Assembly (NCBI RefSeq): GCF_000143415.4
Contig: NW_003314315.1
Span: 186,001-250,000 of the forward strand
Direction: 5' to 3'
DNA from: Selaginella moellendorffii
Lineage: Eukaryota; Plantae; Lycopodiophyta
Length of the DNA: 64,000 nucleotides
The position numbers were made by a program, and so were the translations under genes. The notes below the pieces were generated by a model that saw only the letters and a program-made list of their open reading frames with translations, did no database searches and had not been told where the DNA came from. The number at the start of each line of letters is the position of its first letter. Positions within the stretch are counted from its first letter, which is position 1. Below, piece by piece: positions 37,101 to 48,328 of this stretch.

Positions 37101-38423
37101 AGGAGGTATGGTGATAGATTAAAGAGCAATGGCTAAACTTTATATCAAGTTCTAGAAAAATGTAAATAAAATTGATGATTTCAAGGAGAAGATGACAATG
37201 GTTGAAAATGGGATTAGGAGAATATCTTCCAAGTGTTACTTTTGTGAGGTGTGCAAAAAAGAACAAGTTTCATATAAAGTGGATTTGATGGTAATTAATC
37301 TTATGAGCAATTATCATACTTTTGAAATTGTATATTTTTGCTACTTTACTTATAGATTCTATATTCATTTTAGTCATACTTTCTAATTTTATCGACAATA
37401 TCTTCAGTGACTCTCTTGTGATTTTCCTCATCTACAATAAATTCTTCAAGCTTATAAAACTTAAGCTTATATGAATATTAAAATATTTTTATCTCACTCT
37501 TATTGTCAACTCTAGTGCACCACATAATATGTTGTTAAGCATTGGATTTACCTTATGAATATAAACATTTTTTGCCTATAAAGATTGTCTTTTATAGTGA
37601 TAATTTTGCATATCTTTTATTCAAGGGATCAATAAGTTTTTTCTTAAGTTAGTGAATTGAAGTATTTAACTTTTTGATGGAAATTTACATTGGTTTATTA
37701 TGTTGTTACAACCCAAAAGATTACTAACAATTAATAAATGACTATTAGTTTAAGACAGTGGATAGAGTGCTATAAGTTGTGATATCTTAAGTTTAGGAAC
37801 CACATAGTAAGTATAGTAAGTATTTGGGGAAGTTGTGTGCAAAAATATTAAAAAATTCTTTTGCACAACCAATAAGCTTAAAGAAGAAATATATTCTATT
37901 GATTGTTTTTTTTTCACACCTTAAGCATAACAAATTATAATCATAATTAGTCTTGACTGCATTCAGTTTGATTCTTGATTAATGCCAATTGTGTCCAGCT
38001 GAAGGCCTAGTCAATGAAAATGGCTATAGTTATTTTAATCCAAAACCATAATTTTAACCCTAAAATTTACACAAAAGTGGTCTCAAGGGAGATCATTTTG
38101 AAAAAGTTCTTTCAACATCCTTAGGGAGATATCATAGTGTATATTGATAATTAATTTTGATGCAGTAGAGAGCTCTTCTTTGGGCTGGAATGTTTGTAAT
38201 ATGAAATTCTATGATACATGAGATATATAGATACCAAGTGCTATTGGACAATTAAACATTCAAAATGAAAACCTTTTCAATGATAGATAGTTTCTAGTTA
38301 TACATTTGATTTATTTCTCGTTTAATTTACCTTCTGGAAGTTATCTAAACCAAAACAAAAATTAAGAGAAGAAAGTAGTACCATTGTACAAGGAAGCCAG
38401 AAATAAAAACTCATTTATCCAAG

Positions 38424-40142
38424 CTACACATACATCCTAGCAGCATCCTTATGGTTTCTACATGCCACTAGCAGGCAAGTCCACTCAAGTGAATCAGCCA
38501 CAAACGGCATGGTATTGATCAAGTCTTCAGCATCTCCCAGCCTGCCTGATCGTCCCAGGATATCGACCATGCAGCAGAAATGAGGCTTGGTGGGAGGCAC
38601 TCCATAATCCAGGCTTAAAGATGTGAAGCAATTCCTTCCAGCATAGAGGCCCCCACTGTGGTTACATGCATGAAGAATCCGGATGAAGCAAATCTCGTCA
38701 ACTCTCTCGGCAGTGGCAGCCATCAAGTGAAACAAATCGAGCACTGAGTTGGCTTGCCCGACCTGGGCGTAAGCTCCCAACATCGAGCTCCAGGACATGA
38801 GATCCAGTGATGGCATCGTGTTGAAGATCTTGTATGACACTGCGAGCTGTGAGGCGTGGTGAGCATGAGCTGAGAGAAGCGCATTCCAAGAGACTTGGTT
38901 CCACTCGGGCATCTGGTAGAAGACGAGCTTTGTCTCGACGAGGAGGCCATGCTGGGCATAGGCGACGAGCATCGCAGTCCAGGATACCAGGTCGAGCTCA
39001 GGTATGGAGGCGAAGATTGCTGCAGACTGGTCAATATGCCCGTGCTGGGCATAAGCAACGAGAAGAGACGTCCATGAAGCAATGTTTCTGTGCGGCATCT
39101 CGTCGAAGACCTGCTTGGCCTCCTCAACACGAGCAGACTGAGCGAGAGCGTGGAGAAGTGAGTTCCAGGAGACGATGTCCTGCTCTCTCATCAAGCTTGA
39201 CACCACAATGGCTCTCTCGGCGTCCCCAGCCTGGGCATAGGACACCAAGAGGGTGTTCCAGGAGAAGAGATTGTGTTCAGGCATCTCAGTGGTGAAAAAG
39301 GTGAGAGCAGCATCGAAGTCCAAGAGCTGGAGGAGCCCAGACAAGATGATGTTGTACGTGATCAAGCTAGTCTCTTTCATCGATGAGAGCTCCTCCCTGG
39401 CTCTCTCCAGTCGACCACTCTGGGCAAGGGAAGAGAGCACCGCATTCTTTGCGACAGCGTCCCACTCGGGCATCATCAGGCACAGAGCTTCCATGGCAGG
39501 CAAGTCGATATCGTCCCTCTGGAGCAAGATCGCTAACAGAGTTGTCCAGGAGACGAGGTCCCGGAGCGGCATGAGATCGAAGACGTGCATGGCCTTCTCG
39601 ACATGCCCGGCTTGGGCATATGCAGCCAGCATGGTGTTCCAAGACACAATGTTCCTCCAAGGCATCCGATCAAACACAAGTAGAGCGCCGGATATCTGCC
39701 CAGTAGCGGCGTGTGCATGGAGGAGCAAGTTCCAGGATGCCGTATCCCAGGCGGGCATCTGATCAAAGATAGACTGTGCTTGATCCAGATGCCCGGCGTG
39801 GGCATATGCACCGGCTATAGTTGTCCAGGAGATAATGTCGTGATCGGGCATGGAGTGGAAGATCTGGGTGGCGTTTTGGAGTTGGCCGTGGTGGGCGTAG
39901 GCGGAGAGCATGAGCGCCCAGGTGAAGAAGTTTTTGGTGGCGGTGGTGTCGAAGATGTGGCGAGCGTGGTGGATTGCGCCGCAGCGAGCGTAGGCGTGGA
40001 GTAGTAAATTGGAGAGGTAGACATCGTTTTTGTTGCGATGGTGGTGGAGGAGACGAGAGTGTACGCTTGTGACTGCCGCGATGGTCTTGCATGAGTGGAG
40101 GTGTTTGGCCCATTCGTAATGGTTTGAAGGACTTTCGCCCAT
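38424..40142 (-). CDS. PLS-class PPR protein (S-motif array), 572 aa, E domain apparently truncated next to the island
   Basis: Repeated MPxxNIVSWNxLLxAYAQxG; CFIRILHACNHSG..HFCCMVDILGRSG..WTCLLVACRNHKDAARMYV*. Confidence 0.88.
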   Translation of the reverse strand: MGESPSNHYEWAKHLHSCKTIAAVTSVHSRLLHHHRNKNDVYLSNLLLHAYARCGAIHHARHIFDTTATKNFFTWALMLSAYAHHGQLQNATQIFHSMPDHDIISWTTIAGAYAHAGHLDQAQSIFDQMPAWDTASWNLLLHAHAATGQISGALLVFDRMPWRNIVSWNTMLAAYAQAGHVEKAMHVFDLMPLRDLVSWTTLLAILLQRDDIDLPAMEALCLMMPEWDAVAKNAVLSSLAQSGRLERAREELSSMKETSLITYNIILSGLLQLLDFDAALTFFTTEMPEHNLFSWNTLLVSYAQAGDAERAIVVSSLMREQDIVSWNSLLHALAQSARVEEAKQVFDEMPHRNIASWTSLLVAYAQHGHIDQSAAIFASIPELDLVSWTAMLVAYAQHGLLVETKLVFYQMPEWNQVSWNALLSAHAHHASQLAVSYKIFNTMPSLDLMSWSSMLGAYAQVGQANSVLDLFHLMAATAERVDEICFIRILHACNHSGGLYAGRNCFTSLSLDYGVPPTKPHFCCMVDILGRSGRLGDAEDLINTMPFVADSLEWTCLLVACRNHKDAARMYV

Positions 40143-40299
40143 TCACAAGTACTTTCTAAGCCATGTCACACCATAGCTCAAAGTTCCATCTCTAGTGAAA
40201 AAAACTGAAGAAATGGAACATTTGATTATATGGAATGGATGGATCGAGAAGGACATTGCCACAAAACTTGAGAAAGAGAGAGGTTACCGCGATGGTTGA

Positions 40300-41438
40300 T
40301 CACTTGGAGTTTGACGATCGCCCAAGCAGCCTCCTGACGTTGAGCAGCACTAGAACGCTCAAGAGCCTGACCGGGACGAAGAACACGCACTCGAGCAAGG
40401 TGGTGACGATCGATTCGGAAGGAAGCAAGCCTCTGGACAGCATCACAAGGACACCTCCAACTCTCCTGGTGGCGACGATGTACTCGCCCGCTTTGATCGC
40501 CTCCACCGTCCTGGCTGCCACGTCCGCCGGGGACTCCGTGTCCCTGGGATCGTAGTGGCACACGGATTTGAGCGTCTCGAGAACCTGTTGATCAGTGGTC
40601 GCTGCCATGAGCGAGCACTCAAGTCAGCTACTTTCCCGACAAGATCTTTGTGTGCTCACCATCGCCGAGCAGTGCCGTGTCGGTGAATCCCGGACAGATC
40701 AAGCTCACCCGGATGTTGTGAGGCAGCAGCTCCAGTCGCAGCGTTTCCGCCAGGCCTCGCAGCGCGTACTTTGTAGCCGCGTAGATGTTCGCACCGTAGA
40801 GTGTGTACTGTTGAAACGCACGTAAGTTTCATGACCCAAAAGAAAGAAAAAGATGATTTTGGTCACCATTCCAGCCAGTGATCCGATGAGCACGATGGAT
40901 TTTCCATGGCTGCTCTTGCTCTGCTCCTGCTTCATGTGTGGAAGAGCGGCATGAACCGAGTACGCGCAGCCCAGGAGATTTGTTCTCACCACTTGATCTA
41001 TGTCCTCGGCTCGGCATTCCCCAAAGAGTCCAGATCTCACCAGGCCGGCGTTGCACACGAGAACGTCGATCGGCCTCCACCTTGATGCCTGCTCGATCAC
41101 TCGCTTGGTTGCGGCAAAATCTCCCACGTCCAGTTCCTGGAGACCACCAAAGTTTCAAGACGCTTGTGAACAAAAAGTTTTACCTCCGCGACGATTTGCG
41201 TGGGGCTGCAAACGCATTCTTTGAGAAGCGACTCCTTGGCAGCGGCCAGCCTCGCCTTGTTGCGAGCGACGATTGTCACAGACGCACCCTGGATGAGGGC
41301 CCGTTTGGCGATTTCATAGCCGATGCCGCTCGAGCCTCCAGTCACAAATACGTGCTTGTTCATCAGAGACTCCATCACCTTCGTCTTCCTCCTGCACAAG
41401 GCAGCAAGGAGTATGACTCCCACGACAAGAAATAGCAT
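40300..41438 (-). CDS. TSC10: 3-dehydrosphinganine (3-ketodihydrosphingosine) reductase, SDR family, 4 exons
   Basis: N-terminal anchor, HVFVTGGSSGIG, VTIVARN, IDVLVCNAG, catalytic YAATKYALRGLAETLRLEL, LICPGFTDT, hydrophobic C-terminus. Includes a 47-nt intron at 41137-41183. Confidence 0.85.
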
Positions 41439-41952
41439 TTGGATTGGATTGCTTGAAATTCTCGTCTGACCAATTCAACCAAGAAAAAGGAGGAAGAAAC
41501 GGATTTAGCGGCAGCGACGATGCAATAGTCTTTACGTGAGCAAGAAAAACATGCAGAACCAACCAAGCATACTTTTTTGCGAGCTCACCTAACACGGAAA
41601 ACCATCTTCGTCAAATCTTTGTTCATGCTCAGCAACAGTGTCGGTGGGCTTGTCGTCTGTGTAGAACCCAAGCGTTTGGTCAGTAAAAACTACAAACACG
41701 AATGCTGGTTTAAGCTTACGTTACGTCCAAACCGTTCTCTTGACCGTCTGGAGCTAAGTTTCATACGCTTGAATGTTTTCCAGCCCTTGCTCTCCAGTTC
41801 TTCACAGCTAAACAACCTAAAGTACAGTGCCTTCTTGATCCAGAATCTTCCCTGTGTGATTGTCGTAGAATAATGTCCTGGGAGGCCTGCTCAAAGGATC
41901 GAAACCCAAAAGATATGGTCTGGATCGTCCGAGCACGCTGCTGGCTAAGAAC

Positions 41953-43470
41953 TCACTTCAGTGACAATCCCTTGAGCTCTTCCTCCAGGCCATCCTCGCC
42001 ATCCTCATTGCCATCTTCCTCATCGCCGCCTGCTTCCTCGTCGTTGTCTTCCAGCGGTCCGAGAACTGAGATCCCCACTCCGCTCTTGAGCACGCTCCGG
42101 ACTTCGTCCAATCCAAAGCTGGAGATGCGGTTGCCATCGATGCCGAGAAGCTTGAATCCTGGTTTCCCAGCCACTGCCTCCGCCGCAGCCAGCGCGCCAA
42201 CCCGGCTCAGTGAGTTGGAGCTCAGATCAAGCTCCTCCAGCTTTGAGCAGCTCGCTTTCACCGCCGCCGAGACCATCACAGCACCCTTGTCACCCAGCTC
42301 GTTCTCGGATAGATTCAACTTGGCCAGCTCCTTGTTCGCTGCAATGAAAGCCGCCAGCGCCTTGGCGGACGACTGCGTGATCTCGTTGTTTCCGAACTCG
42401 AGCACCTTGATACTCCGCGTCCCGCTTGCCAGCGCCTCGAGAACTGGCGTACTTCCAGCGTCCTCCAGGCTTAGATCGCTCAAGTAGACGTGCGTCAAGC
42501 CGCCATGTTGCCGCAAAGCCTTCCCAAGCGCAACACCACCTCCAGGACCATACATGTTGTCTCTCAAGTCGAGAACTTTGAGCTTGGATCCACCAGCGAT
42601 GGCCGAAGCCAGTGCCACCGCGCCTTCCTCCCCGACTCTAGTCGACGAGAAGCGGAAGTTCTCGAGCTGGATAGCCTTCTCGACGAGCTTCGCGAGAGAT
42701 CTGGCTCCTTGATCACCGGTCATGTTGTTGTGGAAGTGCAAGAGCTTGAGAGAGCTTCCAGTGGTGACGATGTCGCATATAGCACGAGCAGCCTCCTTGG
42801 AGATCCCATTGTTCATGAAGGAGAGCTCCTCGAGGGATTCCTGGGACTTTAGCAGCGGCGCAAAGGCCCTCACACCCTTCTCCCCGAGAGCATTGTCCGA
42901 GAGGTTTAGCGAGCGGAGCTTGCTCCCTTCCAATGCCAGCGCGAGTGTACGCATCACCTCCAGCGCCTCGTCCTCTGGCCGCCCAGCAACAATGTCCGAG
43001 AAATCCACGTCCTGTAGCGAGGATTTCACCTTCGAGAGAAATCTTCCCGCGACCACAGCAGCGTCCCTGCCGAAGCTCTTGTTGCTGAAGCAAATCCTGG
43101 AGTAGCGCGACGTCTCCAGCGGCAACAAGAGCTCCTCCGCGAGCTCCTTGGTGAGGAAAGCTCTCTGCCCGGCCGAAATATCGAAGCACTGTTCATCTTT
43201 TACAGTACCTGCCATCGCGAATCCCAGCGCTTCCAGCATCATCCGGCTCGCCTCTCGAGCATAGATCTTCACCGCCGCCACGGGATCCCCGCCATCGCCG
43301 GAGCTTGCTACCTGGAATGCGGACTCTTCGATCCTGGATCCCAGCTCCTTCGCATCGCCGTCGATCGGCGCCTTCCAAAAGAATGCCAGCGACGTGAGAT
43401 TCGTGGCGACGAGCTGCGCCGTCGCGTCTCGCTTCGGGGGCCAATCCGCTACCACCGACGCCGCCGCCAT
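41953..43470 (-). CDS. RANGAP: Ran GTPase-activating protein (WPP domain, LRRs, acidic tail), intronless
   Basis: DWPP..LVATNL, FDISAGQRAFL, ICFSNKSFG, DFSDIVAGRPEDEAL, LNLSDNALGEKGVRAF, HFHNNMTGD, C-terminal EDNDEE acidic stretch. Confidence 0.95.
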   Translation of the reverse strand: MAAASVVADWPPKRDATAQLVATNLTSLAFFWKAPIDGDAKELGSRIEESAFQVASSGDGGDPVAAVKIYAREASRMMLEALGFAMAGTVKDEQCFDISAGQRAFLTKELAEELLLPLETSRYSRICFSNKSFGRDAAVVAGRFLSKVKSSLQDVDFSDIVAGRPEDEALEVMRTLALALEGSKLRSLNLSDNALGEKGVRAFAPLLKSQESLEELSFMNNGISKEAARAICDIVTTGSSLKLLHFHNNMTGDQGARSLAKLVEKAIQLENFRFSSTRVGEEGAVALASAIAGGSKLKVLDLRDNMYGPGGGVALGKALRQHGGLTHVYLSDLSLEDAGSTPVLEALASGTRSIKVLEFGNNEITQSSAKALAAFIAANKELAKLNLSENELGDKGAVMVSAAVKASCSKLEELDLSSNSLSRVGALAAAEAVAGKPGFKLLGIDGNRISSFGLDEVRSVLKSGVGISVLGPLEDNDEEAGGDEEDGNEDGEDGLEEELKGLSLK

Positions 43471-43642
43471 TTCAAATCCAAGAACCCTAGTCCTCTGTTT
43501 TTAGGGCTCCAGCAGGTTTAAATAAACCCTAAATGCAGATTCTTATTCGTTGAAAGATTTTTGCTTCCTTTTTTTTCTTTTATTTCTTGAGTTATACAAA
43601 ATAATACAAGATTTATTTCAATGATGTTATGAGATAAATGGC

Positions 43643-45296
43643 CTATTTTTTCCTCATTATGGCATTTGCAGCCGCATTTTTTACCATGCTTCTGGTTGAA
43701 GGCTTTGTCTCTTTTGGGTTGATGGCCTTTCTGATCTTTGAAACAACCCAAGCAGTCGACAACACATGCCCAATCGAAGATAGCCCTTCGTGAGTAAATT
43801 CCCCGGCTTGCTCTCCAAATCTGGCAGAAATAAAAACAAAAAAGATAATAAAAAAAATTATACAAATAAATAAGCCAAGATAACTCACTTATGAGCCACC
43901 ACTCCGGTTGTGATCAGTGTGCCAGTAGATAGAATGTTTTGGGTGGCCATTTCCACTGCATCAAACACCTTGCCTGGAAGAAAAATAAGAGAGAGTAAAG
44001 TTGATTGGTCATAGAACAAAATTTACGTACTGAATGCATCCAGAGATGCAAGAGCGACTTCACCGGGCATCATCTTGAAGACTTTCTTCCCAACTTTCGA
44101 AGTCACCGCGGCGCTGGTGAAATATCCAGTTGCAGTCACAATTCCTGTCAAGATCCCTCTTGCAACTCTCTCGGACATTTGTGTAACTCTTCGCACTCTA
44201 CAGGAAATCAGCCTTGGTGAAAACTAAGAAAGAGAGAATGAAAATAAAAGAACCAACCTTTTGATGTTTCGCATCGTCGTGGGACTGAGTTGCACGGGCT
44301 TCTTAGCTGCTTTGGTGTGCTTCTTGACATACTCGCCACCTTTCTCAAGTTGGGCCGCCGTGGAGTTACTGCACCAAAACAGGGATCGAATTACGTGACC
44401 AGTGCCGGTTGCCACTCCTCTCGCAATGCTGCTGTTGTAATCCTCCACGTTTGGAGCTATGGCGGTCCAGTACAATCTCGACTTCGTCTCGGATGGCCTC
44501 TTGTTCATGTCCTGCGCGAGGCTGGGAGGAGGAACCAAAACCTGGCCTTGGATCTCGTCCGGCTTGATCATCCCCTCCGTCTCGAGCTTCTCCCGGATCT
44601 CCCCTTCGTCGCCTTGCATCATCTTGGGATTGGAGAAGAAAGTATACTTCTTGAGCAACTCATCGAGCTTGGATAGCTTCTCCTCGTTGCCTTTCACCTT
44701 GAATGTCACGCCATAGCTCAAGTTTTCGACGCTCACCTTCTTGGAAGGATTTTCTCTTTCGCTATGGCTCTGGGAGAGAGAATTCAGAGAAAAGAACGAG
44801 AAGAACTTTCACTTACATCGTCGCGATCGGTGTGATCGTCTGGATCAACTCTGAGCGAGAAGAAGTAGTGCCCAGCATCAAGCTTGGTGACGACCTCGTC
44901 CTTGAGAACCGGCCATTGCAACTTCTTGCCGACTCGCGCAAACACGGCCACCTCGTTCCCATTTTGCGTGAGCCGGACGAGAGAAAACGTACCGGAAGCC
45001 AACAGCACACTCTGCTCCTTGTCGATGAGATGCACCAGGGAGTGACTAATCTTCACCAATCTCTCCTCGCCAGCGACGAGCTCGCGCTCCTCCTCGGCGT
45101 CCACTGGGAAATCATCCGAGGCCCCCTCGGTTTGCTGCGGTGGTTCTTGATCATACTTTGGAATGGGTCTATCCGGTGATCTTACTCTGAGTTTGCTGTT
45201 GGGATCCATGTGGATGGAGGGATCTTCGTCGCCTGGCGGTGGCGAATTCGCGTTCTCGGCCGCATCTTGCTTGCTTTTGCTGGATTTGCCACCCAT
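43643..45296 (-). CDS. Senescence/dehydration-associated protein (ERD7/spartin-like), multi-exon
   Basis: VHLIDKEQSVLLASG.FSLVRL, LQWPVLKDEVVTKLD..HYFFSL, LSYGVTF, YWTAIAPNVEDYNS..ARGVATGTG, AWVVSKIRKAINPK. Begins MGGKSSK. Confidence 0.9.
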
Positions 45297-45593
45297 TTTG
45301 GCGATCACCTACGATAAAACAGAGAGTTCTTCGCTACAGTTTAGTCCCAAGGATTTAGATCAGTGCTGCCGTGCCACGTTCACAAAGACACTTGTCAGGA
45401 GATGCCGGTAAGACGGTGATCTGTCAAGAACTTTTGGATCTATTCCTGCTCAAAGAACAAGGAACATTTAAGTTGCAAGCGTCCAAAGCATCCTGGATTA
45501 TTGTCAAAAGCATGGTATAAGTCCAAGCGTAAGCTTAGAGCCAAGTAAAAGTACCTTATCCACGAGGATCACTTTGCTTGGCCACCTAAGCAT

Positions 45594-46790
45594 GGATGGA
45601 TCGAGAAAATCATTGTCCGAAGAATATAAAACTTGAGAACCGTGATGATCACTTGGAGTTTGACGATCGCCCAAGCAGCCTCCAGCACTAGAACCAAGTT
45701 TTGATCGCCTCCACCGCCCTGGCCGGACTCCTGTCTCTGTGATGGTAGTGGCACACGGACTTCCCAGCACGGGAGGAATATTTTGAGTCAGCTACTTGCC
45801 CGACAATATCTTTTTGCTTACCATCGTGTAGCAGTGCCGTGTCGGCGAATCTAGGACAGTTCAAGCTCACCCGGATGTCGTAGCTCAGTGTTTGCGCCAG
45901 GCCTCGAAACGTGTACTTTGTAGCCGCGTAGCTGTTAGCAGCGTCTAGTTACGAGCGACGATTGTCACAAACGCACAGAGACGATGACGCTCCAGTCACA
46001 CAACTACGTGCTTGTTCATCAGAGACCCCTGAACAAAACAGCAAGAACTATGAATCCCTAGAAAAGAATGGAATGCTTGTCAGAACCAAGACCAACAGAA
46101 AAGAGTAAGAACTCGCAAAAATGGAACTTTACGTGAGCAAGAACAACCAACCAAGCGTACAGTGCAAGCTCACCTAATAGGAAAAAAGCCATCGACATCT
46201 TCCATCAATCTTTGTTCTTGGCAGCACGATACCTCGAGTGTTCAAAGAAGTTTTCCATGAGAGATACAGCCAAAACCACAGCTCAACAATATCGATTGAC
46301 TTGTCGTTTGGGCAGAGGCCGAGCGTTTGGTCAGCTCCTGTAATAGAAACTGCACAATGGAAAGCTCAGGTTAAGCTGACAACCGAGTACACCACATCTC
46401 ACACACCTCTGAAGCTGATCAGGAGCTTTGCTCGTTGACAAAGAGAAATCACGCTTTGAGTTGGATGTCAAAGTTTCGCTACTCTCTTGATGCGTGAAAC
46501 GCAAAAATTCCTGTTCATCATCCCACTGCATCAGTACGTCCAAACAGTTCTCTTTACCGTATGAAGCTTAACGCTAAGTGTTTTCCAGTCCCTGCTCTCC
46601 AGTTCTTCCCGTGGCTGCTGCAGTGCTGCTACCAACACACACACAATTAAACAAATCTAAAAGTGTCAAGTACAGTGCCTTCTTACCTGTGAAGGATCGA
46701 GAATCGCACACACTGTCTTTTTCTCCTCTGGATCCCTGTGATTGTCGTAGAATGTCCTGGATGTTGGTAGTAGGGAGGCCTGATTGCCAT
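45594..46790 (-). pseudogene. Deleted duplicate of the TSC10/KDSR gene plus its upstream region (source ~40236-41890)
   Basis: Colinear matches: gatcacttggagtttgacgatcgcccaagcagcctcc; tcagctactt..agcagtgccgtgtcgg..caagctcacccggatg (intron retained); gcgacgattgtcaca; gtgcttgttcatcagagac; gttttccag..ctctccagttcttc; gattgtcgtagaat. Exon 2 is missing. Confidence 0.88.
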
Positions 46791-48328
46791 TCAAAAAGTT
46801 TGAAACATGGTTTGAAAAAAAAAAGAAAAGAAGGCAAGCGAGCTCTAAAGCACTTACTCCCCGTTTGATTCTTTTCGACACTCGCAGAATTCTTTTCATT
46901 CATTCCTCAAGTGACAACATTAAGCGGCCTCAGCAGCTCAGCTCCAGATCATACCTTCTCCTCTGCAAATCAATCCAGAATCTCGCCATTACATCGCCGA
47001 TCGAGCGAAACCGTCACACAGCCCGCAGGAATCATGGAGCGCGACACCATACCTCAGAATTTCCACTGCCTCGCACGATCCCGTCAAGCTCGGCAGCAAG
47101 CGCGGGCGCTCCCAAAGCAAAAAACACAAATGCCCCAAAATTTCAAACGCGCCGTACAGTCGGCCCAAAATCTAGTACGGACAGATTTGGCCTCTGTTTC
47201 GCCCTGGGCCACTTTAGGGTACAATTCTAACAGTCTGAAAATATCTAGGCTACATAGTAAAAAAATTAACCTGTCATGTCACCTCCACATTAATGGGTAC
47301 CAGGCGGACCCCATAGATCTCCAAATTGAAAAAATCCATGGTACACACTGGTGTGCTCACGTCACGTGCGAATATTCCCCGCACAACAGGCCGGCGCGTG
47401 TCCCCCGCGACGCCGTCGGATTCCAATCGTATGGTCAATCGCCTCGACATTATTTTTCGAAAGGTGTGGGAGGTATTCCCGGGCATTGGGTGTTTATGCG
47501 TGCTTTACCATTTCTGGAAAGGCTTTGCACATGGTAATTAAAGTAAAGCGCCCTTGTTACGTAAATACGGTGCGTAAGAGAAGCACTGTAGCGCGCGGCT
47601 ATGGAGTCAAAGAGAGGCAATGATTCGATGTGGGCATTCATCCCTTTGGTGGGAAAATGCCCCTACAAAAGCCGCAAGCTTAACAGCAAAATCCAACATC
47701 AGGAGTGACAGAACGGCATTCCAAATCCGGTTTTTTGCTTCGTTGCTCTTCCGGTTCCATCCTTCTCGCATTTGTGTGTTCTTGCCAAGAATCTCACAAG
47801 CCCGCCAGGAATCGGAGGTCATGGGTTGATCGCACGTCGCATTGGGTCTCTCGCGCTGCTGATTTCCCTGCGAGAAGGTACCGCCCACGCCGTAGAATCG
47901 AGCGAGACTAACTTGTGTGGTGTTCTTGTGCAGTTTGTAGCAGCAGGGCTCGGCGCTGGATCGAGGATCCACGGTTCTTTCCTTTCTGTGGATCAGGACG
48001 GATCCAAATTCGAATCTTTTGGATTTTTTTTTCTCTTTTTTTCTCCCTTTTGTTCTCGCGTGTGTGTGCTCGTTGCAGGAGGAACAGTATATCGTCTAGT
48101 TCTTCCACAGTGACAAAAGAAAAACTGTGAGAGGAGAGAACTTTTTGTTGGCTTCCTGTCGATTTTTGTTGTTTGGAGATAACCCACACAGCAGCTTTCT
48201 TCCATTTCTATCTCTCCGTTTAATTTTTTTTTTTTTTCCTTCTTACTTCGATCGTGAGCGAGGACGAGAGTTTTTGGTTTTTGAGGAGAGGAGAGCAAGA
48301 GATCTTCGCGATGTCTCCGTGAGGAGTA

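Larger units (their letters stand above)
25300..38380. repeat. AT-rich compound repeat island: left arm ~25300-33480, central unique block ~33490-34330, right arm ~34340-38380 in opposite orientation
   Basis: Module A (aggcc(a/g)attgaa..caagtgtata..gagtgaaaaatt..aaggaagtcca) recurs at ~25380, 26030, 26640, 27290, 28820, 31520 and inverted at ~35100-35270, 36420-36570, 38300. Module B (aagttgcaatttcaaagaccaccactag..aatgatctcccc..caccacatc) recurs at ~27820, 29770, 30780, 32530 and inverted at ~34390-34840, 35690-36130, 37090, 38080. Confidence 0.9.

Noticed and set aside
25300-38380. CRISPR array or intact autonomous transposon
   Set aside because: Repeat units are hundreds of bp long and diverged, in a eukaryotic context. 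I could not recognise any RT, integrase, transposase or Rep/helicase motif.
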